This document shows positions 1 through 14,229 of a stretch of DNA of 64,000 nucleotides, in pieces (the first letter of the stretch is position 1; every line of letters begins with the position of its first letter). Source of the stretch: the human T2T-CHM13v2.0 reference genome, Homo sapiens. Both the position numbers and the translations under genes were made by a program. The notes beneath the pieces are model-generated. The model worked only from the letters and a program-made list of their open reading frames with translations, made no database searches and was not told where the DNA came from. The DNA is taken from assembly GCF_009914755.1 (NCBI RefSeq), contig NC_060938.1. One strand, 5' to 3'.

Positions 1-143
1 TTGCTTTATAATAAGTCATGCTAGGACAAATTTTTGTTTTGTTTTTTTTCTCTAAAATTATGTTTGTTATTCATGGTGTATCATTCTCCCATATGAATTT
101 TGTGTTTGGCTTGCCAATTTCTACACCCTCCCTGACACAAAAA

Positions 144-148
<5 letters not shown>

Positions 149-187
<39 letters not shown>
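149..187. repeat. (CA)n microsatellite
   Basis: About 19 perfect CA units. Confidence 0.98.
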
Positions 188-190
<3 letters not shown>

Positions 191-734
191 CAAAAACATT
201 GTTATAATTTTTCTTGGAATCATATTGAATTGATAAATTTGTAATACATTTTATTTGTAATAAATTTATTTATAAAATAAATCTTTATAATACCAGAACT
301 TCCTGCTTATAAACATGAAATCTCTTATTTATTTTGGTCTTTTTTTATGACCTTCATTAGTTTTATAATTTCTACACAATAGGCCTTGCAACTCCTTTTT
401 TTATTCCTGGGTACTTTTTGGGATTTCTTACCTTAATAGGATTTTTTAAATTATAATCTTTAATTAGTCCTTGGTGGAGTGATTTTTATACATTGTTATT
501 CTATCTCACAGCCTTCTAGCATACCCATATTTGTTCTGAGTTTTTCTACAGATCTTTTTGGATTTTTTTGTAGGTATACATATTATCTACGAGTAATAAA
601 ATTTTGTTTCTTATTTTTTAAGTTTTAAATATATTTTCCTTTATATTCACTGAATTTGGGGTCTAGGAGGTCATCAATTAGCTAGGAACAATAATTAAAA
701 TAATACTATTAGTAGTTGAAATGTGTAATGACAT

Positions 735-1636
735 TGTGATATTGTGATATAACGAGAAATACGTATTTGGTTTTCGTCCCTGGCTCCTGATAGAGAACTC
801 CTAAAACCTCCAGAATTTCCTGCATGATGGAGTGCTAGGAACATCCTTTGTTATAACATTTGGTCTTTGGCCCCAGTTCCTGATACAGAACCCCTAAACT
901 CCTTGGAATTTCCTGGGTGATGGGATTGTCTTTTGTTCTAATGAAGCAACTCCTGACAGACTCCCAGATACCTTTAAGATGTGGGGTGGTCACCAGTAAA
1001 AGCAAGCCACGATTAGAAGCTTAGAGCCTTCAGCCCCACAGTGCATCTCCCAGGAAGTGGGGAGGGTGTGGAGACTGAATAAATAATTGATCAATGCCTA
1101 TGTGATAAAGCTTCTCCTTACAGTGCAGGTTTTGGAATGCTAAAACACATCTACATACCAGGGGTGTGGCGTGTCACAACTCCACGGGGACAGAAGCTCC
1201 TTTTCTTGGGAATCTTCTGGACCTTGCCCAACTGTTTACTGTATCCTTTGTTTTGACCTTTATAATAAACTGGCAAACCTAAATAAACGTTCCCCTGAGT
1301 TCTGTGAGTTGTGCTAGCAAATTATTGAACTCAAGGAAGGATTTGTGGGACCTCCCCAAATTATAATTAGTTGATTAGAACTACAACCTGGGACTTGTGA
1401 CCGGCATTTGAATTGGGGGACAGTCTTGTGGGACTGAGCCCTTAATCTGTTGTTGGCTGGAGAGGGGGGTCTGTGCTAACTCCAGATAGCTAGTGCCAGA
1501 ATTGTATTAAATCATAGGACACCTACTCGGTCATCCACAGAGAACTGGAGAATCACTCGGTGTGGAAAATCCATACATTTGGTATTAGAGTGTTATGAAA
1601 TGGATATAGAGAGAAACAGTTGTTTCTTTCCCTATA
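735..1636 (+). mobile_element. MER21-family solo LTR
   Basis: Starts TGTGATATTGTG...TATTTGGT; internal duplicated CCTAAAAC..GAATTTCCTG block; AATAAA. Confidence 0.75.
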
Positions 1637-2032
1637 TAGATGCTCTCAGATATTACAGTAGTAATGAAAAAAATGCAAACATAAACTAAGTAATGTGGTA
1701 TTTCAAGAACAAAAATACCTATTTATACATGGTAGGAATAGCAGATAATCTCTGGGAGAAAGTAACATATTAATGGAGGGCATGGGATAAATGAAATTAG
1801 GAGACACACTAAAGTCACAATTAACATGGCAAAAAGTCACAGTAAGAAAACATACTTAGTATATCATACTTGGAAGTAGACAAGATACAGTATTGAATAA
1901 TAAATTTTTAGGTATTTTTAGGAAACAATTTTCCTTCCCTATGTCTATGCATTTATTTCTGCTGCCAGTTAAACATTACTGTTACAAAATATAAAAGGCC
2001 AATGTCAACATTTAATGAAGCTGTAGACCTAC

Positions 2033-2182
2033 CATCAACTATTGTATCCACAATGAAGCCTAGTAATGCCACATCATTGGCACAGGGGCATTTTGTCACT
2101 TTGAGATCTACCACATGTGGATATAATTTACTGATTTCACTTTCTGGAATCACATCCCCAGGAGTCCACTGAAGAATCGGTT
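2033..2182 (-). CDS. CATSPERB: CATSPERB exon 7 (150 nt; EPILQWTPGDVIPESEISKLYPHVVDLKVTKCPCANDVALLGFIVDTIVD); gene continues beyond the left edge
   Basis: Inside ORF 1953..2222(-); ttccacag| acceptor, |gtaggt donor; phase 1-1. Confidence 0.97.
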
Positions 2183-2448
2183 CTGTGGAAATCAAATTTG
2201 GGTGTTTAAATTGTGGGAGCACCCTTGAAAATGGATGCTACTTTCCTTTAAAGGTTTTAAAAGAACTATGTAAAGAAACTATTCTATAGTTCAAAAAAGG
2301 TGCATTACCTCACTCTGCATTGGTTAAAAATCAGTCAGTGACTATTTTCCAGGATATAAGGAGTAAAGTCTAATTCCCCTTGGTGGGGGGCTGGCAAGGT
2401 TACATTGCAGAAGAGCATGTGGAATGAGAGAGATTGCTTTGGCCACAT

Positions 2449-2908
2449 TTGAAAAATACCATTTGCCACAGGATCTATCCCTAGAAATGGAATTGCTGGA
2501 TCACAGAATACGCACATTTATAACTTCTGAGCCCACTCATTTACTTTTTGTTCTCTTCCCAATCCCACTGAAATAGCAGTAGATATATAAAAATGGGAAT
2601 AAATCCAGAGTAGCAGTGGAGAACAGGGACAGTTATCATTAGTGGCCAAGAGACTGAGAGGGATTTCTGGAAGGTAGTTGAAAAATACTATTTGCCACAG
2701 GATCTATCTGTATAAATGGAATTGCTGGATCACAGAATATATTTATAACTTCTGCTTCTAGAGCCCACTCATTTACTTTTTGTTCTCTTCCCAATCTCAT
2801 TGAAACAACAGTAGGTAGATGAAAATGAGTAAAATCCAGAGTAGCAGTGGTGAACAGGGACAGTTATCATTAGGGGCCAAGAGACTTAGAAGGATTTCTG
2901 CAAGATAG
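2449..2908. repeat. Diverged tandem duplication, about 229-bp period (2449-2677, 2678-2908)
   Basis: Both copies run ttgaaaaatac.atttgccacaggatctatc...gagcccactcatttactttttgttctcttcccaatc...ggccaagagact. Confidence 0.95.
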
Positions 2909-4189
2909 AAGTTGGGAATGAGATGCAGAAGAGAAAGCAATCAGAGGTGAAGCATCTCCAATGCAGCACAGGCAGAATAGCAGCACTAGTGGTGAATAAG
3001 GTCTTTCACGTGGCAAACCAGGCCTTCCAGAATCTGACGTCCTCTTGGTTCCTCAGCTTTACTTCTTGCCAGAACTGGCCTCCCATTACAGGCTCTAGTT
3101 TGTGGGGCTTTGAATATCTGTTTTTCTCACAACCCTATTTTTCAGTCCTCAATGTGAATGTCTCCCTCTTTGGGAAGCCTTCCATGACGCCCTAGAATGA
3201 GTGAGGCTCTCCTCCCAGGTGCTCCAATAGGACTCTGCACTCACTGTAACTAGAAGAATCAGGGTACACTCTTCCTCACCAGACCAGGGTAGACAATGAG
3301 CCTTTCGAAAGAACGTCATCAGACAAGGCGTCACAAATTTTAAAACTTAAAATATTACTTTTGGATATGCAAAGGATTGGAGCTAAAGTCGAATTTTCAT
3401 GCATTAATAAAAGGGAGGGTTTTTTTTCTTTTAGAAAAAAATGAGAAAAAAAAGAGTACAAAAAGTAAGCCAGGGCAATTTGAAAGACAACTGCTGTCTG
3501 AATTTCAAAAATAGTCAAAGGACTTTTAAAAGCAGAGATAACTGATAACCAGTTATTTAGCTATTTACATTCTCCTCTGTCTCCCCAACTTTCAATAAAA
3601 TCTGCTACAAACCCAAAGACTTTATGTGATATTTTTTTCACTTTGTGCAAAGCAAGAAAACAAGCTAACTTTTCATCTGGGTTGACGTAGTGCAGCACAA
3701 GGACAGCCAAGAAGGGAAAGAGACACAATCTCTAACTACACTAATTCACCAGGAAGTCACTCCAGAATTCAAAGAAATGTGGGGCAAAGCAGCTGACGTT
3801 GCAGGGTATAATATTTGTTTGCAGACCATTCACACCCAGGTCAGGGAGATTTCAGCTTACCACTGGACATCACGGAGCTGACAATGCCCCCCTACTTATA
3901 TACAAGTTCCTGAAGTCAGGTAGTATATCTTAAGCATTTTAAGAACAAGGAACTGATTAAAAGTTTTGACTGCTACTAAGAAGCTAAAAAGGGGACAGAA
4001 AAGTGACCAATATGAAGGTCACTGGTGACTGTGATTAGCAACAGTTTGAGTAGCGTGGAGGAGATGGAAACAAATGAGTGGTTTGGGGTGTGGATTGGAT
4101 ATGAAGAAATAGAGACAAGGTTTTACACTCTCTTTTGAGTTCAGTAGTGAATAAAGATTTCTAACTCTAGCCTTAACTCTTGATTCCTA

Positions 4190-4740
4190 TTTCCCAGTGT
4201 CTGCTTCTCCTGTCTTCAGCATTTTGGTGAATGATAACATCCTCTACTTGAATGCTTGAGTAAGAAATCCAGGCATCATCCTTGTTAATTCTGTTTTCCC
4301 CCATCTTAGTCCACCAAGAAGCCATAGCAGCTCTACTTTCAAAATCTATTCTGAAGGCTCTGCTCACCACCTCCACTGCTAATGCTACTGTCCATCTACT
4401 CCAGACCTTCTCAAGGGGACTATTGCAACAACTGCTACCAATTTCCTTTATTCCATTCTTGCTATCCTTCCTCAAGAGTTATTCTCTACATAGCAGCCAA
4501 AATGGTCTTTTCATTATAAAAGATAAATCAGAATTTATTAGTTCTCTGCTTAAAATACCCCAATGGCTTTAAGTTATAATTACAATAAAGTCCACACTTT
4601 TTACCAAGATTCCTGCCAGCTTCTCCAAACTCATGATCCACCACTCTGTCATTTACTATGCTTCAGCAACACTAGTCTCCCTTTAGTTCCTCAAACAGAT
4701 CAATCTCATCTCCACATCTGGAGCTTTCAAAGATCTACCA
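4190..4740 (+). mobile_element. L2 LINE fragment
   Basis: L2-like motifs (ctctactttcaaaatctat, ctctgcttaaaatacccc); very diverged. Confidence 0.55.
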
Positions 4741-5043
4741 ATTTGTGAAGCTTTTTGCTGCAATTATACCTCAGTACATTCTAAACAAATGTAAGTTAGC
4801 ATTTCAGATCTTTTAAAAATTGATATAGCAATTTTATATTGATATTTCAGTAGTTAAAAAGTAGCATAGGATATCAAACTATCAGAGTCCCAAAGACAGT
4901 ATTGCAATTACTATTGAATAATTAGTAACATTTTTTTTTTAATTTGGAAGCTACCTAAAAAACTACTTACTTTTTTGGAATAAGTAAATATAATCAACTT
5001 TATAAGCCATTGTTTATAATGACCCTCAATGTGGCCACAGTAA

Positions 5044-5501
<458 letters not shown>

Positions 5502-5602
5502 TAATCTCTAGGACCTTAGCACAGAATCTGGCATATAGCGGATGTCAAAGTTTGTTGAAAGAATATATGAATTCCATTTTACTTCTGTCTGTTGGCATTT
5601 AC

Positions 5603-5698
5603 CTCGAATAACATCCAATAGAGTTCCTTCAGTAGCATAAATATTTAGTCCATGATGTAAAGTGATTCTTACTAACCATTCTTCTACAGCTGCAATAT
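5603..5698 (-). CDS. CATSPERB: CATSPERB exon 6 (96 nt; DIAAVEEWLVRITLHHGLNIYATEGTLLDVIR)
   Basis: aaacag| acceptor, |gtaaat donor; phase 1-1. Confidence 0.96.
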
Positions 5699-6860
5699 CT
5701 GTTTGAAAACAAAAGGCAAATAATCAACTATTTTTTCATATGTTGTGTTTGGTGAAATTTAAGGATATGTGAACATTACCAACAATGATAGCCTTTCCTT
5801 TTCCAACCATTTTGTTGGTATTTATATGTGAAATTTCATACGTTTTCCCTATAAACATTTTGCTCATAAAATAATGGAAAAAGAATTATGAAGTGATCTT
5901 ACCACCATAGCAATGAATCTAGATACTAATATTTATGTCATAATTTTTCTCCTAGAGCTGTAGGGGCTTGATAAAAAGCAAATTGTGACTCTTCTTGTGA
6001 AGCAGACCATGATTAATTAAAATGTATCATATAAACCCTAAGGTGAACAACAAAAAAAGCTTTTAAGGTATAACTAATAAGCCAATAGTGGAGATAAAAT
6101 GGAATCATAGAAAAGAATTAATATGAATGAAGACAGAAAAAGAGGAGAAAAGCAAAACAGAGAAGATTGAACAAATAGAAACAACCTGCAAGGTGGTAGA
6201 TTTTAATATAACTATCCATATCAACAATTACATTAAATGTAAGTGGTCTAAAATATCATCTAAAAGACTAGATTTGACAGATTAGGTGTAAAAATCAAGA
6301 TTAAACTATATGTTATTTATAACAAACTTATTTTAAATGCAAAAGCATAAATAAGTTAAAAGTAAAAGAATGGATAGGGCCTGTGGAAGCCAACAGCAGT
6401 AGCTTTAGCCTGGGAGCTGCTGAAGTGGCTGTAAGCACAGGCCAAGGCTGAGGTCGAAACTGAAACGGGGGTTCACTCATGAAGAACACACCTGGTCAAA
6501 ATGGTCTGGCTGCACAGGCCCTCATGTCCACCCAGGCATCTAGGCAGGTCTGTGCGCTGTCATGGCAAGGCCATGGCTACACTGGTGGCTACTAAAGCAG
6601 CCAGTGCCCAAGTACATCAATTGCTATCTGTGCCTCTTGCTGTCACCACTCTCCATCAAGAAGTTCCTGGACTTTGGGAGAGATAATGGCTACAGAGAAC
6701 ATCATATATGATTTCACAAAAGGAGATTCCCGTGCTACTGGCTAACACAGTGAATGAAGCCAATTTTCTGCTGGGTAAGTGGTTTAACAGGCCTTCAATG
6801 GGATTGGTTCAAAGTTGGTATATGCAGAACTTTCTTGAAGTTTTAGAATAGAAAAATAAG

Positions 6861-7177
<317 letters not shown>

Positions 7178-8705
7178 AGAATATAAAAATAAGAGCCCTG
7201 AAGATCCACAGGTCTTAGATAACTTTCAATAAGTACTGATGAAAGCCAGAAAAATGTGGTTTCTATAGTGGTACATGGAGTGATTGAACATAAGAAAAAT
7301 TATGTGTTTGAGTCTTTTATTAGCAGTACAGCCAGTATCTTCCAGAATGGTTTTGTCCCAACTCCATTTCTTCCCACATGCTTATTAACTAGCATGCACT
7401 TCTGTTTGATGGTGACACTATCCCTGCTCATTCTAAACACAGAAGAAGTATTGATCTCACCTGTAATGTGGCTGATATAGTGAACAATGTATATGAAACA
7501 GCCAAGAGGCTGTGTGAATAGTATTAGCTGGTAGCTCCAGAGGTGGAATTTGAAGAGTTCAATGCCAAAGCTCCAGACAAACCTATTCGAGTAGTTTATG
7601 TGCCGATACATCTGTTATACATGCAATTCAAGAACTCAACGAGAACAACAGTAGCACTCCATGAAGACAGAAAATAGAGATACTTGGCTGTTAAAACCTT
7701 TGTTATTTGGGTTAAAAAAAAAGATTTCTTCATTAAGTGACTGAGGTGGTGGTGTCTCACTTTGAAAATGTATCTTTTTTAAACTATATGTATTCAAATT
7801 CTAATAGATATAGCTGTAGCCCATAAGAGTTGTCCCTTTGGCTGGATTCAGTTAAAATTCACCATTTTTTTTCATCTGCATGCCGTATATTTTTAAGGAG
7901 ATCTAATACTATGTGATGGAATGAATGGGTATTGGTGCTGTCTCTTATTTGAAGGCTGTTTTAAGTGAATCATTTGAGAGACTTCCAGTTTTTAAGACCT
8001 CTACTTGGCACTATTACAAAACTACACCTGATGATTGATGTGATACTAGCAGTAAACCCAGAGATGCTTCAAAATATAAGACTAAACAGGAAAAGGTCAG
8101 TACTGATAGAACTTTCTAGTCCTCTATGTGAAGAAAGATTGTCTTTTGTAAGTCAATCAGAGAGAACGCCTTTCTCTACCAACTCTTGAGCATGGCACCA
8201 TAACTACTCCAGTGGCTGAATGTTTATTTCCTCCATGCCAGCTGGATATTTTCATGGAGCCTTTCCTGTAGCCACTCTGGCTCTTCCATTAAACTAGTAA
8301 CTTGAATAATTTTTTTTACCATATCTTGCTGTGGTGTGGTTAGTGACACAAAGAAAGAGCTTCTCTAGAGCTCTAGCATCCTCATAACCTCCACCTCATT
8401 ATTGTAGAGTTGAGTGTCTACAGTCTCCACAGGATTCTGAACTTTCTTCCCATTCTGGACGTAGCATATACCCACTGTGACCAAATATAATGCTTGTCTC
8501 AAACCACTGATTAGGGGCTCAGCGTATGTGAAACTTAAAGACATCAGCTGAGTCCATCTGATAATTCAGTGCCAGGGTCCTTCCTTCCTCATATGCATAT
8601 CTCCTCCACTGTCTTAGACTTTTGTCTTCCTCCACCTGATTATATTTTCATCATGAGTTATGGGTACTTTTGTGTTAGAGCTTACTCACTGATGCACTGG
8701 TTTTA

Positions 8706-9036
<331 letters not shown>

Positions 9037-9607
9037 TGATGAAAGTGTTCCAAAAGTTGTTTTGAATAAAAGGTGAAAGGATGAAAAAATATGACACTAA
9101 TCAAAAGAAAGCTGTAGCAGCCATATCAATATCTGACAAAGGAGAGTTCAGATCAATGCAATATCAGAAATAAAGAGGGACAATACATATGACAAAGGCA
9201 TGATAACCCTAAGTGTAGACATGCTTAACAACACAGCTTCAAAATATGTAAATCAAAAGTTATGTCAAGAGTACATGGGGCATCTACTAAATAAGCCATA
9301 AAACACATTTTAATAAATTAAATTGCTATCACATGAAATATGCCCTCTAAACATAATGGAATAAGCTAGAAAAATCAATAACAGAAAGACATCTGAAAAA
9401 TTCCCCAATATTTGAACATTTTACAACACACTTCTAAAAAACCATGTATCAAAGAGAAAGTGCTGTGGGGAATTAGAAAATATTTTTAATTGAAAGAAGA
9501 GGAAAACACAACATCACAATTTATTGGATGCAGATAAAGCAATGCTTAGAGAGAAATATATAGCAGTAAAATACTTGCAGTAGAAAAAAGAAATCTCAAA
9601 TCAATTA

Positions 9608-10494
9608 CAGTAAGTTCTCACTTATAATCATCAATATGTTCTTGGAAACTAGGACTTTAGGCAAAACAATGTATAAATAATGAATATAATTGTATAAATA
9701 ATGAATAGAAACCAATTTCACAACAGGCAAATTGATATAAACAAGAGTTAAGTTTCTATGGCATATATCTGGTCACAAAAGCATCACCAAACTTCTAAAT
9801 AAAGACCCCAAATTCTTCTAATATTAAATATTAAAATAAATGTGAGCTATGCATAGATTTTAAAAAGATTAATAAAAACAAGTAAGATAATTACTTACCC
9901 AATTTTTGGTGAATCAGTAAGTAATGGTAGTCATAGCGGTGGTGGATTAAATAAAGGAATAAATGTTTGCAAAGCAAAAACTGTAAGGAGCATCCTCTAC
10001 CACTTGCAGTTATAAAACAATAACAAACATGGCAGGCTAACTGAGGGCTTTTGTATTGCATCGTTTACTGTCATGCATTTGTTTGTATGATTATCGTATA
10101 CTTAATAAATTTTTACTTTATAATAATTTGTAAGTATTCATTCATTCATTTTCTAGCCTGCTTATTTCAGTTCAGAATCAGGGGAGCCTACTCCAGCAGC
10201 TCAGGAACAAGGCGGGAACCAACCCAAGATTGAACGCCATTTCTTCACAAGGTGCACTTACACACACACCCAAGCTCAGTCATACGGGGACAATTTAGAC
10301 ACACCAATTAACCCAACATGCACATCTTTGGCTGTGCTAGGAAACTAGAGTACTCAGAGAAAACCTACGCAGACATGGGGAGAACACGAGCACTCCACAC
10401 AGACAGTGGCCCTGGCCAGGAATTGACTTTTCTTCCTCATCAATATTATAATGAAATGATGTTGAATGAAATGAGGTTATTCGAGGATCTGCTG
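9608..10494 (-). mobile_element. MER6 (TcMar-Tigger) DNA transposon
   Basis: Termini CAGTAAGTTCTCAC... and ...TTATTCGAGGATCTGCTG flanked by TA on both sides; about 890 bp. Confidence 0.8.
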
Positions 10495-10502
10495 TATATG
10501 AA

Positions 10503-10727
10503 GCAGGCTTTGGAAGATAGTAAAGAGTTTGTAAAGGGTCAGATAGTAAATATTTGGGGCTTTGTATGTTATATGATATCTGTTACACTACTTCAACTAT
10601 ACCACTGTAGCATAAAAGCAGCCATAGAAGACACATAAATAAATGAGCATGATTGTGTTCCAATAAAATTTTATTTACAAAAATAGGCAGTAGGCAGGAT
10701 CAGGGGTCAGTACTTTGCTGACCCCTG
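10503..10727 (+). mobile_element. MER58A (hAT-Charlie)
   Basis: gtaaagggtcagatagtaaatattt...gttccaataaaattttatttacaaaa...tttgctgacccctg. Confidence 0.8.
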
Positions 10728-12025
10728 ATCTAAAGATTCCCAACTTAACAAACTAGGAAAAAAAAAGAAGCAAATTAAACCCAGTGCAAGTAGAAGGATA
10801 AGATAAAGAGTGACAACTGATGAAATTAGGAACAGAAAAACAATATACACAATTAATGAAATCAAAAGATGTCTCTTTGAAACATAAAAACCGATGAACC
10901 CTTGCAAGACTAATAATTTAAAAAATACAAATAACTCATGTTAGAGATAAAATAGGGAACACCACTACAGACACTATAGATATTCTAAGGATAAGAAGGG
11001 AATATCACAAACAACTCCGTGTCCATAGATTCAACAACTTAGATGAAATGGACATTTTCTTTGAAAGACACAAACTGTCAAAGCTCACTTAAAGAGAAAC
11101 AGAAAACTTGAATATTCCTAAATCTATTAAGGGATAATGAATGTGTATTTAAAATCCTTTCACAAAGAAAACTCCAAGCCCAGATACCTTCACTGGTTAA
11201 TCTCACCAAACATTTAATGAAAGGGTGACACCAATTCTATAAAAACTCATCCACAATATAGAAAAGCAGGGAACTCATCCCAACTCATTTTATAATGACA
11301 ACCTTACTCAGATACTAGAATGAAATAAAGACATTCCAAGAAAAGAAAATAAATCTCCATACTGATAACCTAGGAAACCTACTAGCCGAATGAATTCAGG
11401 AATATATAAATAAGATAATACATCATGACCAAGTGTTGTTTGTCCTAGGATTCCAAGACTGGTTCAAAATTCAAAAAGGAATCAATGTAATTTATCATAT
11501 CAACAGACAATTGTAAGCAAATCCTTATAATCATCTCAATAGATGCAAAAAATCATTTAACAAGATTTGACACCAATAATAAAAACTCGGCAAACTTGTA
11601 ATGAAGGAAATTTCTTCAACCTGATGAAGGGCGCCTATGTAAAACATGAATGTTTTTTCCCTAAAACTGGAAACAAGGCAAGGATGTCCTCTCTTACTAT
11701 TCCTTTCATACTGGAATCATACTAGAGGTCCTACCAGTACAATAAGGCAAAAAAAAAAAAAAGAAAAAAAGAAAGAAAGAAAATGAATACATACTGGAAG
11801 AGAAGAAATAAAATTATCTCCATTCCTAAATGAGTGATTATCCATGTAGAAAATCCTAAAGAATATATTAAAAGCTATTAGAACCAATAAGTGAATTTAA
11901 CAAGATTGCAGGATACAAGATCAATAAACAGAACTCAATCATTCTTCTACATATGAACAATGAACAATTGGAAATCAAAATATTAAAAAGTACCACTTAC
12001 AATAACACTCCAAACCATAAACTAC

Positions 12026-12356
<331 letters not shown>

Positions 12357-12383
12357 TAAAAAACAAAAACCAACAAAATAGAA

Positions 12384-12599
12384 ACCACTCAAACTGCATT
12401 CTCTCCCTCTTCCTCTACCACAGGAAGAGAAGAATGATCATCAATGGCAAATGGCAGTTGCGGCCAACCAACACCAGGAGCCAGCTTCGCGCTTAGGAGA
12501 GAATGCTGAGCCTTTGCCTTGTGGTTTCCAGTGCTCTACACATTCACAGAAGCTTCTCTAGTAACAAACTATAGAGATGATTGCTGAAAGTATAATTTT
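12384..12599 (-). pseudogene. Full-length U3 (SNORD3-like) snoRNA pseudogene
   Basis: Minus strand reads AAAATTATACTTTCAG...GTTACTAGAGAAG...GTAGAGCAC...GCCATTGATGATC...GAGGGAGAGAATGCAGTTTGAGTGGT (216 nt), colinear with U3; box C intact, boxes A, C', B and D mutated. Confidence 0.92.
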
Positions 12600-12732
12600 G
12601 GTATACTTTTTTTTTTATGTGCAAGTTCTCTAAGCTGAAAGCCACAAAACCTGGGTGAAATAAATTTTTAAAAAGATGTAAACAAATGGAGAGACACAGT
12701 GTCTTCATGGTTTGGAAGACTCATTATTTTTA

Positions 12733-13043
<311 letters not shown>

Positions 13044-13776
13044 GATATTATTGACTTTCCCTAAACTGATCTATAGATTCAATGCAATACAAAATTAAAA
13101 ATCACTGCAGGATTTTTGTAGAAGTAAACAAGTTGATTCTAAAATTTACATAGAAAGGCAAAAGAACTATAATAACCAAAACAATTTTGAAAAAGAAGAT
13201 CAACATTGAAGGACTAACATTGCTTACAAGACCTATTATAAAGCTAAAATAATCAAGACAGTATAGTATTGGTGAAAGGATACAGTCCAGAAATAGCAAT
13301 TCAATGGAGATAAAAAGTTTTCACAATGGTACTGGAATAACTGGGTATCCATATTCCAAAAAATTAACATTGGCCCATATAACTTATAAAAATCAACTCA
13401 AAATAAATCATAGACCTAAATACACAAGCTAGAAGTGTAAACTTCTAGAAGAAAATATAGGAGAATATCTTTGTGAACTTAGGCAAAGATTTCTTAGCTG
13501 TGATATCAAAAGTACCATCCATAAAATAAAAAGCTGATAAATTAGCCTTCAGCAAAATTGAAAACTCTGATCTTCAAGAGATACTCTTAAGAGATGAAAA
13601 GACAACCCCAGACTGGGAGAAAATATCTGCAAATCATATGTGGTAACACCCATATCCAGAATATATAATAAACTTGTAAAACATTTGAACAGATACTAAG
13701 CCAAATGGCAAATAAGCACAAAAAAAGATGCTCAATGTCATTAGTTGTTAGAAAAATGCAAATTAAAACCACAATT

Positions 13777-14093
<317 letters not shown>

Positions 14094-14178
14094 TTAAATG
14101 CCACTACACTTTTTTTTAGAATGGCTAAAAATTTAAAAAATATGTCTATACATACTTATATGCATACATATTTACAAG

Positions 14179-14181
<3 letters not shown>

Positions 14182-14223
<42 letters not shown>

Positions 14224-14229
14224 ACACAC
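14182..14229. repeat. (CA)n microsatellite
   Basis: Direct observation. Confidence 0.97.

Noticed and set aside
3690-3881. ORF starting QHKDSQ, similar to VHKDSQ in CATSPERB
   Set aside because: Five-residue match on the opposite strand, with a GTG start and no extension
12384-12599. Functional intronic U3 snoRNA
   Set aside because: GAC, A, C', B and D boxes are mutated, and the upstream flank is L1/Alu rather than an snRNA-type promoter
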